From: Anthoceros angustus | Lineage: Eukaryota; Plantae; Anthocerotophyta | Assembly (NCBI GenBank): GCA_010909165.1 | Contig: MU008169.1 | Span: forward strand, 496,001 to 560,000 | Direction of reading: 5' to 3' | DNA length: 64,000 nt | Position numbers and translations under genes: made by a program | Shown: positions 11,773-24,170 of the stretch, piece by piece | Layout of the letters: each line of letters opens with the position of its first letter | How positions within the stretch are numbered: the first letter of the stretch is position 1 | Notes under the pieces: generated by a model | What the model was told of the DNA's origin: nothing | Databases searched by the model: none | Seen by the model: only the letters and a program-made list of their open reading frames with translations

Positions 11773-13031
11773 ATGCAGTTGCGGGTGGTGTCGCGCAGCG
11801 GCAAGGAGGTGGTGAAAGGGGGCCTCGAAGTGGGCGAAGATGTAAGGCCAGCGCGTATTGCTGAAGAAGCTGAATTTGCATCTTGTGTTGTAAATCTGCA
11901 ATCTGTGTTTGCTTGCTTCGCTTTTTCCCTGGTGTGCAAGCGGCTTTTCAATTTGGTGGGTGGCTGGGTTGTGCAGGCCACTGTCGATGACCTCAAGAAG
12001 GTGATCCATCAGCGCAGTGAGTACCGTCACTCAATTATGAGGCGGCCATTTTCTTCACCAGCACGTCTGTTCTTGCTATGTGAATGCTTTGTGATTTGGT
12101 TCCCTCTGTGCATGCAGCTAAGAAGTTCTATCCAGCTCGCCAACGGCTCACGCTGCCGCTTGCTGCCAACCAGACCCGACCCACGGTTCTGGAAGGCAGC
12201 AAGGTGGTGGGAGAGTTCTTCACTGGGAAGGGGGACCACACGGTGGTCTTCAAGGATTTGGGTCCGCAGGTTTCGTACCAGACTCTCTTTGTTCTGGAGT
12301 ACTTGGGCCCGTTGCTTCTTTACCCCGTCTTCTACTACTTCCCCCAGATATACTCCCTTGTGGGTGTCCAATCCGAAAGGAAGATACAGCCTGTCCAAAC
12401 CTACGCCCTCATCGCCTGGACCGTGCATTATGCGAAGCGGATCTTGGAGACGCTGTTCGTGCATAGGTTCTCGCATGCCACCGCTTCTGTCACCAATGTG
12501 GTCCGCAATGTCACCTATTATTCAGGCTTTGGAGCTTTCATTGCTTATTTCCTGAACCATCCATCCTACACTTCAGTCCCGGAGAAACAGGTGTACATCG
12601 GCTTTGGTATCAGCATCATTGCTCAGCTGGCAAACTTCTACACCCATCTGATCCTCAGGAACCTGAGGTCCAAGGATGGGAAGGGCGGGTACCAAATTCC
12701 GTCAGGGTTTCTGTTCAATTACATCACCTGTGCAAACTACTTCACGGAGATAGTACAATGGCTGGGATTCAACATTGCAACGCAGACTGTAGCGGGCTAT
12801 CTTTTCCTCACAGCAGCAAGCTACATCATGACACTCTGGGCCATTCAGAAGCACAAGCGCCTCAGAAAGGTAATTCCCCTACTCTCGGTTCCCAGGATTG
12901 GGCAGCAGCTTTGCAGTATGTTTTCTAAGAATCGAAAACCTCTGTTTCCTCTGTGTTGGCAGATTTTTGATGGAAAGGATGGGCGGCCGAAGTATCCCAG
13001 ACGATGGGTGATCTTTCCCCCTCTTATTTGA
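11773..13031 (+). CDS. CER10: Very-long-chain enoyl-CoA reductase; exons 11773-11841, 11977-12016, 12118-12869, 12963-13031
   Basis: Ubiquitin-like N-terminus (ATVDDLKK...[11 protein letters not shown]), [39 protein letters not shown], and C-terminus [20 protein letters not shown]. Confidence 0.95.
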
Positions 13032-14976
13032 ACATTTCTCTCGTCCACATCGCTTAATAAAGATGAGGATGTGAATACTTGAGAAAGTATTGTAGGTGGC
13101 TCTAGTAATTTTGTTGAAGCCCAAGCCACGCCTTGTGACTAAACCGCTACAGAACAGGTTGCGTACCAACGTGCCTGCTTATCAGTGCTGCGTAAGCGAA
13201 GCATGGACTCTGGTGTGGACTCCTTTTGCTCCCTGAAGATTTAGAGTTTCTGCTGTAGGTGGCAAGTCCTACATATCAACTCTAGTTGAGACTCCCAGTA
13301 CCTAGTTAGGTAGCCAGTTTCCAGCCATTGGGTGCCATATCTAGGCTCAGCATGATGCTGAATTTAACTCAGTCCGTACAGGGAGCATGGCTCCTACGGC
13401 GTACTCGAATTGTTGTTTCTCTGAACTCTGTCCCACCCGCTTGTCTTGAGTGCTCTCGTGTTTACAAGATCGCAGTATGCTGACTCCTTTTTGCTGATCA
13501 GAGACAAGGGCTTCTGTGCTGATTCATCTTCACATTTTGAAAGCATTAGGGGCCATTCTATCCTGCACCAGTTTGTGTCCTCTATGTCTGTTTCCGTACA
13601 AGTTGTTGTTACTGACTCTTGCTCTCTTGCTGAAGCCTGAATGGCATGTGTTCTGTGTACTGCTTTGTGTTGACTCTGGACATTACAGCACGTCCGTTAT
13701 TTGCTGTCCATACAGGATTGTGGGGCCACCGAAACCGAAAACGAGAACCTCCGTGAAACCATATACCTTTTCTAGATTGCTGTCGTGACATGAGGCTGTT
13801 GGCTCGAGTAGATTTCTAGCTTAATCCTCTTTTCATGCAGTGTTCTAACAGTATAACAGTATTTTAACAAACTATTTTACCAGTATTTTTTTCAGAAGAA
13901 ACCTAAGATATACAGTTTAACAAAAAAGCCTTTCTAACACACCTTAAATCTTAACCATAGGATCATCATAATGACCTCCGTTTCTCGAGGGATTTGTGAA
14001 ATTTTTTGAAAATTCCGCATTTCGACCGCATATAGTCGTTAAAAGTTTTTAATTACTGTCTTACAATTTAGAAGACAGAATTCTCCACATAAGTGACCTT
14101 AACCCCAGATTTACCCACTTCGTTTTCAGGAAAGAAAATGGAGATTGAATTTCTTCTATTATGTGAGCGAATGAAACAACAGCTAGTGTAAAAGACATAC
14201 GTGGATTGCTTTGTATAAAAATACTTCCAATAAAAGTTTTTTTGAATATGCATTTACATAATATTATGTAATTGGTATAAATTTAAAAAAAAACTACATA
14301 TATACCCGATTCTATCAAGGATGTTGATGTTGTCTTGATGACCAACCCCTCTTTCTTTTACCAGTTTGGTCACAAGGACGATACCCATGTGGCAAGGCAT
14401 CCGGACGCTGATCTTCGTCAATCCTGCATTTTTGGCATTGCCATTGCAAGTTACAATGCTTGCCTGCTTCTTAGAATGCTTGAACCCTGCCTCTTACAAT
14501 GCTTGAACCATACTTATTCCTAAGTAGTAGTCTACCATTGCCATTGCCAGTCCCATAGCTGTTTGAGCCTACCTTGATATGTGTGCTACGGAGAGCAGAA
14601 ATAAAGAATATGCATTAGCTTCACCTCACTTCACATGTTGCCAGCGAGCATTGCTCGATTATCACTTGCAAGCATGGATGCAATTTGTTTGTGGGAAATT
14701 CGTGACTTTATACAAGAACACACCGATCACCTATGAAGATGTTCACAGTGTATTACTCAAGTTTGTATCCTTCTAGACCATTGGCTGTGGCGTGACCATA
14801 GAATTTTTTTGTAGTAAGATGCTTTTCTCACATAAGACAAGGATTTTCAATAGGCGGTTGAAATCTCCCACAACTATTTCCCATGTGTTTTCTTTTATTT
14901 AATTTTAATATCAAATACTTTATATTATCTAATTTTACAAATTTAGCTTTTAGGGAACCATAGTAAATGTTCGAAT

Positions 14977-15048
14977 TCCGTTGTAGTCTAGACTGTTAAA
15001 CACTAGGCTCTCACCCTAGCAAACCATATTCGAATACCGATATCAGAA
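14977..15048 (+). pseudogene. Decayed tRNA-Glu(CTC)
   Basis: tccgttgtagtctag start and the ctagg-ctCTCac-cctag anticodon arm match plant tRNA-Glu(CTC) and the length is 72 nt. The D-loop GG, the T-stem (ccata/accga) and the 3' acceptor strand (tatcaga) are disrupted. Confidence 0.75.
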
Positions 15049-15805
15049 CTTGGGCAACGAGAAACATTCAAAATTGTATTCCCCGAAAAACATTCAAAAT
15101 CCTTTTAACCTTTCACAATCCGGTGAACTACATATTAAAAGGATTACTAATTCACAAAGGTTAAAAGGATTAAAGTTCACAATATGTAAACAAGTTCATA
15201 AATCATCTAAAATATTTTTATAATAAATTAATAGTATTATTTTTGCTAAAGCATCATTTACTAGGATCGACTTAATTAGAATTAGATAATATTTATTATT
15301 GTATATAATTAAAAATATTATAATTAAAAATATAAATTTGATTATCAGTACCTAAATATTAAGTTCAAGTTCTTTAGGACTAGGAACTTGATCACGAACC
15401 TAATGGTAATAGTGAGTGAGTGATCCATCACTAACTTCATTAGTACCTAATTCAATACTCCTAGTTAAATATCTCATAGGTTCACACTTTTGCTTTTTGT
15501 GGACTTTGGTATCATCTTCAAGATCATAATGTGTTCATATCAACTCATTTATATAGTTTAGGTTTGAGCTCATATTTGTAAAAGTATAAACTTTTGCTCC
15601 AATTATGTCACAAAAGCATTTTCTTCCTCATAATAGTTTGATGCTTTACGTGCCATTTGTTGGCATTCTTCGAAGTTTGGAGGTTGCACTACTCTTTTAT
15701 ATGGAAGAACATTTGTGAATGAATGGTTTAGCTTTCTCGTCTTTCTTGATAATCTTTTAAGTAAAATTGAAAAAAATAAATCCAAGTACGGAGCTCTAAT
15801 AAAAT

Positions 15806-16869
15806 ATGACAAAAACATACTACACAAATCATTTGACTTTGCGGCACGTTATCAAAATTTTCAATGTAATTGCCAAGAAAAATTGCTTCTCTACTTCATT
15901 GCAAGATACCAACATTTCTAACTTTTCCCTTAAAACTGAAATCAATATTAAATCTCAGTCAAACTACAAATTTCAACAAACATATTCACTTCATACACAC
16001 CATAATCCTAAATGTAGAGCTCGAAAATTTCTTGTGTCTCCAGTGAATTGGGACCCTATTAAACGAGGAAATGTGGTACTTCCCAAAAATAGTCAAATCC
16101 AAAATTTTAACGATAATGATTGGAAATCAAAATGCCAAGAAGCTCAAGTTACAATATGGTGGGACTTTGAAAATTGTGGTGTACCTAATGGTATTGAAGT
16201 AAATAAAGTTAGTACCAATATTGTCAATAGATTAAGGACTAATGGATTTAAAGGTCCTGTATCTATAAATGGTTATGGTGATACTCTCCAGCTATCTCGA
16301 AAAGTCCAAGCTGCTCTAACATCGACTGGCATTCATCTTCATCATATACCTTCAGGTAATTTTAAGTGTCATCTCAAGTGTCAAAAACATAAATTACTTT
16401 TTTAAATAATATATTTATATTTAGGGAATACTAAATAAAACAATTTAAGAATTCTCTATGGAATTTCATAGGGGGAAAGGATTCAAGTGATAAAGCCATT
16501 TTAGTGGATATGATACTTTGGACTATAGACCATCCCCCACCAACAAATATGTTTCTTATTTCCAGTGACCGCGATTTTGCTTATGCTTTACACAAATTAC
16601 GAATGAAGAATTATAATATCTTATTAGCACATTCTTCTCCTAAAATCTCTCCTACTTTATCAAGCCCTGCTAGTATTATATGGCAATGGAGAAGCCTTGT
16701 ACAAGAAGAAAATTCACCAACTTTTGTTTCTCAATCACACAACCCACAATCACCAAGCTCAATAAGATCAAATCCCATCAATCCAAAAGGCAGCCCAACT
16801 AAACCTGGATTTGGTGGACAAGTATTAGGAAAAGAAGGACTAACTACAATAATTGATGACGATAAATAA
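15806..16869 (+). CDS. NYN-domain protein (MARF1/limkain-b1-like PIN-fold ribonuclease); exons 15806-16355 and 16472-16869; start uncertain
   Basis: VTIWWDFENCGVP...GPVSINGYGD...TGIHLHHIPSG|GKDSSDKAILVDM..W..DHPPPTNMFLISSDRDFAYALHKLRMKNYNILLA has the conserved NYN aspartates; GT-AG intron 16356-16471. Confidence 0.88.
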
Positions 16870-17231
16870 AAATTTATGAAAAATTAAAGATATGTGATTA
16901 TATGTACCTATTAGAATGCCCAAGAAGGACAGTCAACTCAAATACCTTGTCGAAGTCCAAAAAGCTCAAAATCGAAAAAGACAAATGATGGGAGAAACTT
17001 GGTGAACTGAAGGGATATCCAACGTTGTTTTCAATATGCAGAAGAAGAAGAGAAGTACATTGGTGTACATAGGTTGTAAAACACGGAGACTTAGAGGCTT
17101 GAGGTGGACCGTTAATGGAAATTGTCCTACCTGTAGAGCCCGGTGACAGATGTAACCAACTATGTGTTTTATCATCGGTTTAGCTGCTTTGGCCTTGCAG
17201 ATTCTTGCCACTGTCTCATCGAGTCTTCTCA

Positions 17232-17717
17232 ATGGCCTCTAAAAGGCGGATGGAATTTGAGGAAAGCGAGCAGCAATGCTTTTGGGAACAGCCGGCAGAG
17301 GTGGAAGTGAGGCAGAGTGGAGCCCTGTCTCAGGCCAAGTGGACTTGTAAATTGGAGGCTCTAGCATCTACTCTACACGAGCTTATACAGAGTGAGCATC
17401 GACAGCTGAAGGAGGAGGGCGAGAATTGTAAGGGATTTCTGCTTCAATGGCAGGAAAAGCTGGAGGAGCTTGTACCATCCGCAAGCCTATCACGAATCAA
17501 TCAGCTGGTGGAGCAGTTGGAGCTGAGAACCCTGCGAGTTGAAGAGGAGCAGGAACGAATTGCATTGCAGATAGCGAGCTTAGAGGACACATCGCAGAGG
17601 AGGCAGCATGACGAGGCACTTGACGAAGTCTTGAGGAGGGACATGGAGGAAGTAAAACTACGACAACAGTTCAGGAGTTTGCTGAATTTATGTCAACATA
17701 CTAGAGATGCGTTATAA
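17232..17717 (+). CDS. Uncharacterised coiled-coil protein, 161 aa
   Basis: Single-exon ORF MASKRRMEFEESE... rich in E/Q/L with heptad-like spacing; no family recognised. Confidence 0.5.
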   Translation: MASKRRMEFEESEQQCFWEQPAEVEVRQSGALSQAKWTCKLEALASTLHELIQSEHRQLKEEGENCKGFLLQWQEKLEELVPSASLSRINQLVEQLELRTLRVEEEQERIALQIASLEDTSQRRQHDEALDEVLRRDMEEVKLRQQFRSLLNLCQHTRDAL

Positions 17718-20700
17718 CATGTTGTAGAACCTGGCTAACGATTCCCTACTCTCACTGACCAGGGCCTGCAGAACGTTTGCCTTCTGCTTCCCGTATGTAC
17801 ATCGACAAATTCGCAAAGCAAAACTATTGGCTGACCTATACCTAGAAGATTTCTTGCCACTACTATGCTTGGCTACCTCCCTGGCAACTACAGACATTCT
17901 CAGAGTTTCTAAGCTACCAGGGCATACCGTGTCCATGGCCTCCAGGCATTGAGGCAAGTATGTGAGGGCTTCGGGCGTGAGCTTCACCTGTTTGCTCTCT
18001 CCTTCAGTGCGTTGGTGCTCCCCGAGCTGCCTGAGATAGCTCCTAACAAACGAAGCCCTTAGCCAATTCCTTTCCTGGGGACTGAGGTCCTTGAGGGATG
18101 TAGCCAACAGCTGCTCCAACTCCGTTAGGACATCACTTGCCTTCTTCACTTTCTCCAGATGCGAGTCCAGTGTCTCCTCCAGCAAGCACCTCGGACAGTT
18201 GCAGGTGAATTGCCATGCGGAAGTGCTCACCTTCCTCCTCTCTGCGAGTGGCTGGAATATATTGAAGTAGTTGAAAGTGATCTCCTCACCAGCCACGAGG
18301 TCTCGTGAAGCTACCACGAACAGCGTCTTCCCAACCAGAACCCAAGATGTGTTCGGCACGCAGGAGTGATTGATGTAGGAAGGCAAACTCCAGATTCCGC
18401 AGAACTGCTCATCTCGTTGCTGCTGCTCCTCCTCCACCGTACCGTGATCTAGACTGTCCTCCCCGTCTACTATCTCCTCCCAGGTTTCAGGCCCATCATC
18501 CTGTTCGCCACCTCCTACTTGAATTCGCAATGTACTTCTGTCAAAAGCATTGTGATGAATAATGCGGCTGACGCGCCCTGAATCAAGCTGCTCCTGAAGG
18601 ACAAGCTTCTGTTCTGCACTGGCATAAGCGCTGGTGTAAGCCTTCCCTGCAGGAGCGAAGACGCTCAAAGACGGCGTCTTCTTCCCATCAGAACAATCTT
18701 GCTCCACGTTGCCGGAGTCCGCTACCGCAACCTTCTCATGGCTCAAGGACAAAAGCCGTTCCACGCTTCTAGTAGACAACTCCAACTGGGTCTGGAGAGC
18801 AGTAAGCAGCTGCTCCCGGATCTTGGGTGCTATCCTCCCCTCGGAACTTCCACTAAAAGGAGAGTTGCCCTGGCCTTGGCCTTGAGCATCACTGCCACTG
18901 CTAACCGCAATGTCGGAAGCAAAAACCAGGGGGTTGGACACAAGAAGAAGACTCCCAGCCTCCACATCCCTTGTGAGAATCAATCCATGGCCCTTCTCCT
19001 CTCCAACATGTTGAATCTCAACCGGTCCTACATAGTCGGCACACTTCGGGACAGGAGATCCACCTGACAACCTGTCACTGAGGAGGTAGTCCGACAAATC
19101 AAAAACGCCTAGCCTGCTCTGCTTGTCACCGATCTGGCAAGCTTGAAATGCCTCCTGCAGATCCTTGTCGAACGGGGCACGATCCTTGGTGGTCTGGAGT
19201 AATTTCAGAGCTTCCTGGTGCTCACCTAGTCCTAATAAAGCCCTGCCCTTGCGGAAGATGCTCTTGAGGTGCTGGCTATCCAGCTCCAAGGCACGTTCCG
19301 AGTCTACCAACGCCTTCTCATACTGCTGCAGCCTGAGCCATGCCTCAGCCCTGTTTGAAAACCCTAGAAGAACCTCATTGTATGTCCTCGGAGACTCACT
19401 AGCGGAGGCCACATCCACAGCTTCTTCATCGGGATGGCTGCCGGATGCAGCTGTACTACTTCTCGAAGGTGTAGTGGAGGCATGATCCTTGCCCGAGTCT
19501 CCTTCTCCGGAAGGGGAGGCATCTGACAAAGCAGCTGGGATGTTTTTTTTTTTAGCCTGCCCGTTCTTCACATCAGCTGTGGAAGAGATGCTCGCCCTGT
19601 GCTCCTTGATTGCCTGCCGGATACCCCAAGTGTAGAAGGTGACGGACTTCTTCCACTCACCCTGCCCGAACCATCTGTTCCCTTGGATGCGCAGGGCAGA
19701 AGCACTCACATTAGCAGGAATAACAGGCGAGGTCACGGCTGGCTTCTCCACCTGTTTGCTTGCCTGCTGTTCAGCTGCCTGAGGAATCTGCAGGCTCGCC
19801 CTAGATGCAGAGGACGGTGCTGCAACTGCACCTTCGGTTGCTGGCCCGCCATTGAGCTGCAACGACAGCAAGGTCAGTGATTCCTTCCTGTCATTCGAGG
19901 CGGCAGTCACGGTCTTCAAGCTGCCCTCATCAAGAATGCTTGCCCCATTCACAGGATCAGTCGTGGCACTGATCTTTGGAAGAGCATTAGCACCCTGGAC
20001 ATCCGTCCCCTTGTTGGTGGCGTCCTGACCAGAACGGACATCAAGCTGACGGTCCGCCACAACCTCAGACGCGTCATGCTTGACTGACAACACCTCCGAC
20101 TTCTGGGGCCCAGACTCGGAGTCACTGGTATCAGAAACTGGCTTCCCGCCTCGGCTCTTCCCTTCTCCGAGCTTCTCGCCTCCGATCCTCCCGTCTCCGA
20201 GCTTCTCGCCTCCGATCTTCCCGTCTCCGAGCTTCTCGCCTCTGAGCTTCCCGTCTCCGAGCTTCTCGCCTTCGGTCTTCTTGTTTCCGAGCTTCTCGCC
20301 TCCAAGCTTCTCGCTTCCAGATGCAGGCTGCTTGTCCTTACCAGCACCTGAAACTGGGTGTCCTCCTAGCGAGAGGACGCCGTTGTCCTTCTCTTGCGAG
20401 CCCAGTGATGGGTCGCTCCCCGCTTTGATTTGGATGTCCCTGTCCTTGACATCGTACTCCAAGAAGTCGTCCCCGTTGCTGCTTCCTCCCTTTGATTTGC
20501 TCTCAGCAGCTCCAACTTCCGAATGAGCGGGCTTAGGGACATCCTGATGTTCTGCTGCCCTCGTAAACTCAGCAGTTTGAAGTCCTGGAGCAGTCACAGA
20601 TTTCTCAGAGGGAACTGCTTCAGCTGCTACTTTTGCAACTGGGGCATCCCCTTGTTCTGCTGCTCTCGGCTTACACTCTGTGGTTTTCACTCCTGGAGCA

Positions 20701-23700
20701 GTCACAGACCTCTCACCGAGGTCTGATTCAGTTGCTACGTCTGCAACCTCCTTGATCCGGTGAACAGATGCAGCCAATGATCCTGGAGCCGTCACAGATT
20801 TCTCAGAGGCAGCTGCTTCAGCTGCTACTTCTGGAACTGGGGCATCCCCTTGTTCTGCTGCTCCCGGCGTACACTCAGTGATTTTCACTCCTGGAGCAGT
20901 CACAGACCTCTCACCCAGGTCTGATTCAGTTGCTCCGTCTGCAACCTCCTTGATCTCGTGAGCAGGTGCAGCCAATGATCCTGGAGCAGTCACAGATTTC
21001 TCAGAGGGAACTGCTTCAGCTGCTACTTCTGCAACTGGGGCAGCCCCTTGTTCTGCTGCTCCCGGCGTACACTCTGTGGTTTTCACCCCTGGAGCAGTCA
21101 CGGGCCTCTCACCGATGTCTGATTCAGTTGCTACGTCTGCAACCTCCTTGATCCGCTGAACAGATGCAGCCAATGATCCTGGAGCAGTCACAGATTTCTC
21201 AGACGGAACTGCTTCAGTTGCTACTGCTGCAACTGGGGCATCCCCTCGTTCTGCTGCTCCCGGCGTACACCCAGTGATTTTCACTCCTGGAGCAGTCACA
21301 GACCTCTCACCGAGGTCTGATTCAGTTGCTACGTCTGCAACCTCTTTGATCTGGTGAACAGATGCAGCCAATGATCCTGGAGCAGTCACAGATTTCTCAG
21401 GGAGCTGCTTCAGCTGCTACTTTTGCAACTGGGGCATCCCCTTGTTCTGCTGCTCCCGGCGTACGCTCAGTGGTTTTCACTCCTGGAGCAGTCACAGACC
21501 TCTCACCGAGGTCTGATTCAGTTGCTCCGTTTGCAACCTCCTTGATCTCGTGAGCAGATGCAGCCAATGATCCTGGAGCAGTCACAGATTTCTCAGAGGG
21601 AACTGCTTCAGCTGCTACTTCTGCAACTGGGGCAGCCCCTCGTTCTGCTGCTCCCGGCGTACACCCAGTGATTTTCACTCCTGGAGCAGTCACAGACCTC
21701 TCACCGAGGTCTGATTCAGTTGCTACGTCTGCAACCTCTTTGATCTGGTGAACAGATGCAGCCAATGATCCTGGAGCAGTCACAGATTTCTCAGAGGGAG
21801 CTGCTTCAGCTGCTACTTTTGCAACTGGGGCATCCCCTTGTTCTGCTGCTCCCGGCGTACGCTCAGTGGTTTTCACTCCTGGAGCAGTCACAGGCCTCTC
21901 ACCGATGTCTGATTCAGTTGCTACGTCTGCAACCTCCTTGATCCGCTGAACAGATGCAGCCAATGATCCTGGAGCAATCACAGATTTCTCAGAGGGAACT
22001 GCTTCAGCTGCTACTGCTGCAACTGGGGCATCCCCTTGTTCTGCTGCTCCCGGCGTACACTCTCTGGTTTTCACTCCTGTAGCAGTCACAGACCTCTCAC
22101 CGAGGTCTGATTCAGTTGCTACGTCTGCAACCTCCTTGATCCGGTGAACAGATGCAGCCAATGATCCTGGAGCAGTCACAGATTTCTCAGAGGGAACTGC
22201 TTCAGCTGCTACTTCTGCAACTGGGGCATCCCCTTGTTTTGCTGCTCCCGGCGTACACTCAGTGGTTTTCACTCCTGGAGCAGTCACAGACCTCTCACCG
22301 ATGTCTGATTCAGTTGCTACGTCTGCAACCTCCTTGACCCGGTGAACAGATGCAGCCAATGATCCTGAAGCAATCACAGATTTCTCAGAGGGAACTGCTT
22401 CAGCTGCTACTTCTGCAACTGGGGCAGCCCCTTGTTCTGATGCTCCCGGCGTACACTCAGTGGTTTTCACTCCTGGAGCAGTCACAGACCTCGCACCGAT
22501 GTCTGATCCAGCTGCTACGTCTGCAACCTCCTTGACCCGGTGAACAGATGCAGCCAATGATCCTGAAGCAATCACAGATTTCTCAGAGGGAACTGCTTCA
22601 GCTGCTACTTCTGCAACTGGGGCATCCCCTCGTTCTGCTGCTCCCGGCGTACACTCAGTGGTTTTCACTCCTGGAGCAGTCACAGACCTCTCACCGAGGT
22701 CTGATCCAGCTGCTACGTCTGCAACCTCCTTGATCTGGTGAACAGATGCAGCCAATGATCCTGCTTTGGAGGATCTCGCAACGATCCCATCTGCTATCTT
22801 CTCGGTCAGACTAGTACTATTTTGAAGATCCGTAACAACAGAGCCTTCGTGCTTGTCAGCCTTGGCAACTTCTTCCTTCTTGAGATTGGTCTCCCGACCA
22901 GATCCTTCCCCATATACGTCGAGTTTGCTACCCTGCAAAAGCCCAGCGCCACTTTCTTCCGCCTTCGTATTTGCTGCCTCAGAGCTAGCAATCTCCGCCC
23001 TTGCCCCGTTTTCGGAAGATTCTGAACCAACTTGGCTAATGGGCTTGCCATCCTGAGGAGGGAGAGCACTGCTTTTTTCTCCCTGAAGCTTCTCGTAGGC
23101 TGAGAGACCGCCAGCTGTGTTGTTTCCGGAAGGCTTGAAGTCTTCCGGTGGTTTGTCAATGCTCTTCTTCAGGTCAGTCTCCTTCACAGGCGTGTGAAGC
23201 TCGTGGTCATCTTCATCGGATCCTGAAAGTCGGTGGTCACCATTCTCCAAACTGAAGTGGTTCTCGCCGACTGCAGCTGCCTGTCTCTCCCAATCTTGGT
23301 TGTACTTTGGAAGCTCCCCATTGTCACCATTAGTGTAGGTACCGGCATCCCGGACTTCCGGGATGGACAGGAAAATCACTTCCTTGGGTTCCTCGATCAG
23401 GATCCCAACCACATTATCCGCAAACCTCTTGAGGTAGGGATTCTTGATAGCAACGCGTGCGCCCTCGGGAAACTGACGCTCTGCTTGAGAAATGCTGCAA
23501 CTGACTGGCACTGCGTGGGGGATGAGCACGATGGTGGCAGAGCCGCTGTCGTCCTCCAGAATCGTCGTCAGCGACCGCACTTTCACAGGTTTCGTGCAGA
23601 TCGTGCCAAACAGAACTCTGCCACGATGATTCTTGCCAGTCTGTGGATGTCAAGCAGTAGTGAAAGTCAGTAAAGCGGCTGTGAAAACGCCAAGCTATGG

Positions 23701-24170
23701 ACTACAGGGACTCATCAGAAATTTAACGGAAAGCATTGCAGATTGCAGGGGCATCGCACCTTCATGTCTTTGAGGAGAATGGGCTTCAATCCAGCAGGCG
23801 GATCTTGCACCTTGGGAGGCTCGAGAACAACTCCCCCTTCTCCAAACGCAGCCCCCTTGGCTTCGGGATTGGACACAACCAGAGTGTGCAATCCCATCTC
23901 CAGCACATGCGCATCGTGCAGGGCCGCATGCTGCACCGCCACCAACCCACTCTTGTCGAACTGCTCGGACGCTCTCACTTTGAATGCCTGGCTGGGCGGA
24001 GACACAGGCAGGGGATGGCCGTTAGGGGACTTGGGTGGGGAAGATCGCCCAGAAAGCGAGGATGCCTGAGACAAGGGCGAAGAAGGAATGGGCGAACTTG
24101 GGAGCCTGGACTTGTCAGCAGATGGGTCAAGTTTTCCTGCCATGGTCACACCACCAGGAGAACCAGCCAT
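17712..24170 (-). CDS. Large TPR + SET (SMYD/ATXR1-like) methyltransferase with an N-terminal module and 11 x 66-aa repeats; exons 24170-23760 and 23640-17712, with a frameshift at ~21400
   Basis: TPR: FSNRAEAWLRLQQYEKALVDSERALELD..HLKSIFRKGRALLGLG. SET: GHGLILTRDVEAG, GIWSLPSYINHSCVPN, RDLVAGEEITFNY. Post-SET: WQFTCNCPRC. The intron 23759-23641 joins LKPILLKDMK|TGKNHRGRVLFG. A 2-bp (ag) deletion in one repeat unit separates the two track ORFs. Confidence 0.82.
20160..20315 (-). repeat. 15/30-bp coding minisatellite (GEKLG[D/E]GK repeats)
   Basis: ccgagcttctcgcc recurs every 30 bp; the protein reads EKLGGEKLGNKKTEGEKLGDGKLRGEKLGDGKIGGEKLG. Confidence 0.85.
20583..22764 (-). repeat. 198-bp (66-codon) coding tandem array, ~11 units
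   Basis: gcagccaatgatcctg recurs at ~198-bp spacing from ~20770 to ~22750; unit APGSLAASVHRIKEVADVATESDLGERSVTAPGVKTTECTPGAAEQGDAPVAEVAAEAVPSEKSVT. Confidence 0.95.

Noticed and set aside
21390-21410. Programmed ribosomal frameshift joining the two TPR-SET ORFs
   Set aside because: No slippery heptamer; the site is a 2-bp deletion relative to the sister repeat units.
20966-22733. Repeated MQPMILEQSQ.. ORFs on the + strand
   Set aside because: By-products of the 198-bp coding array on the opposite strand.
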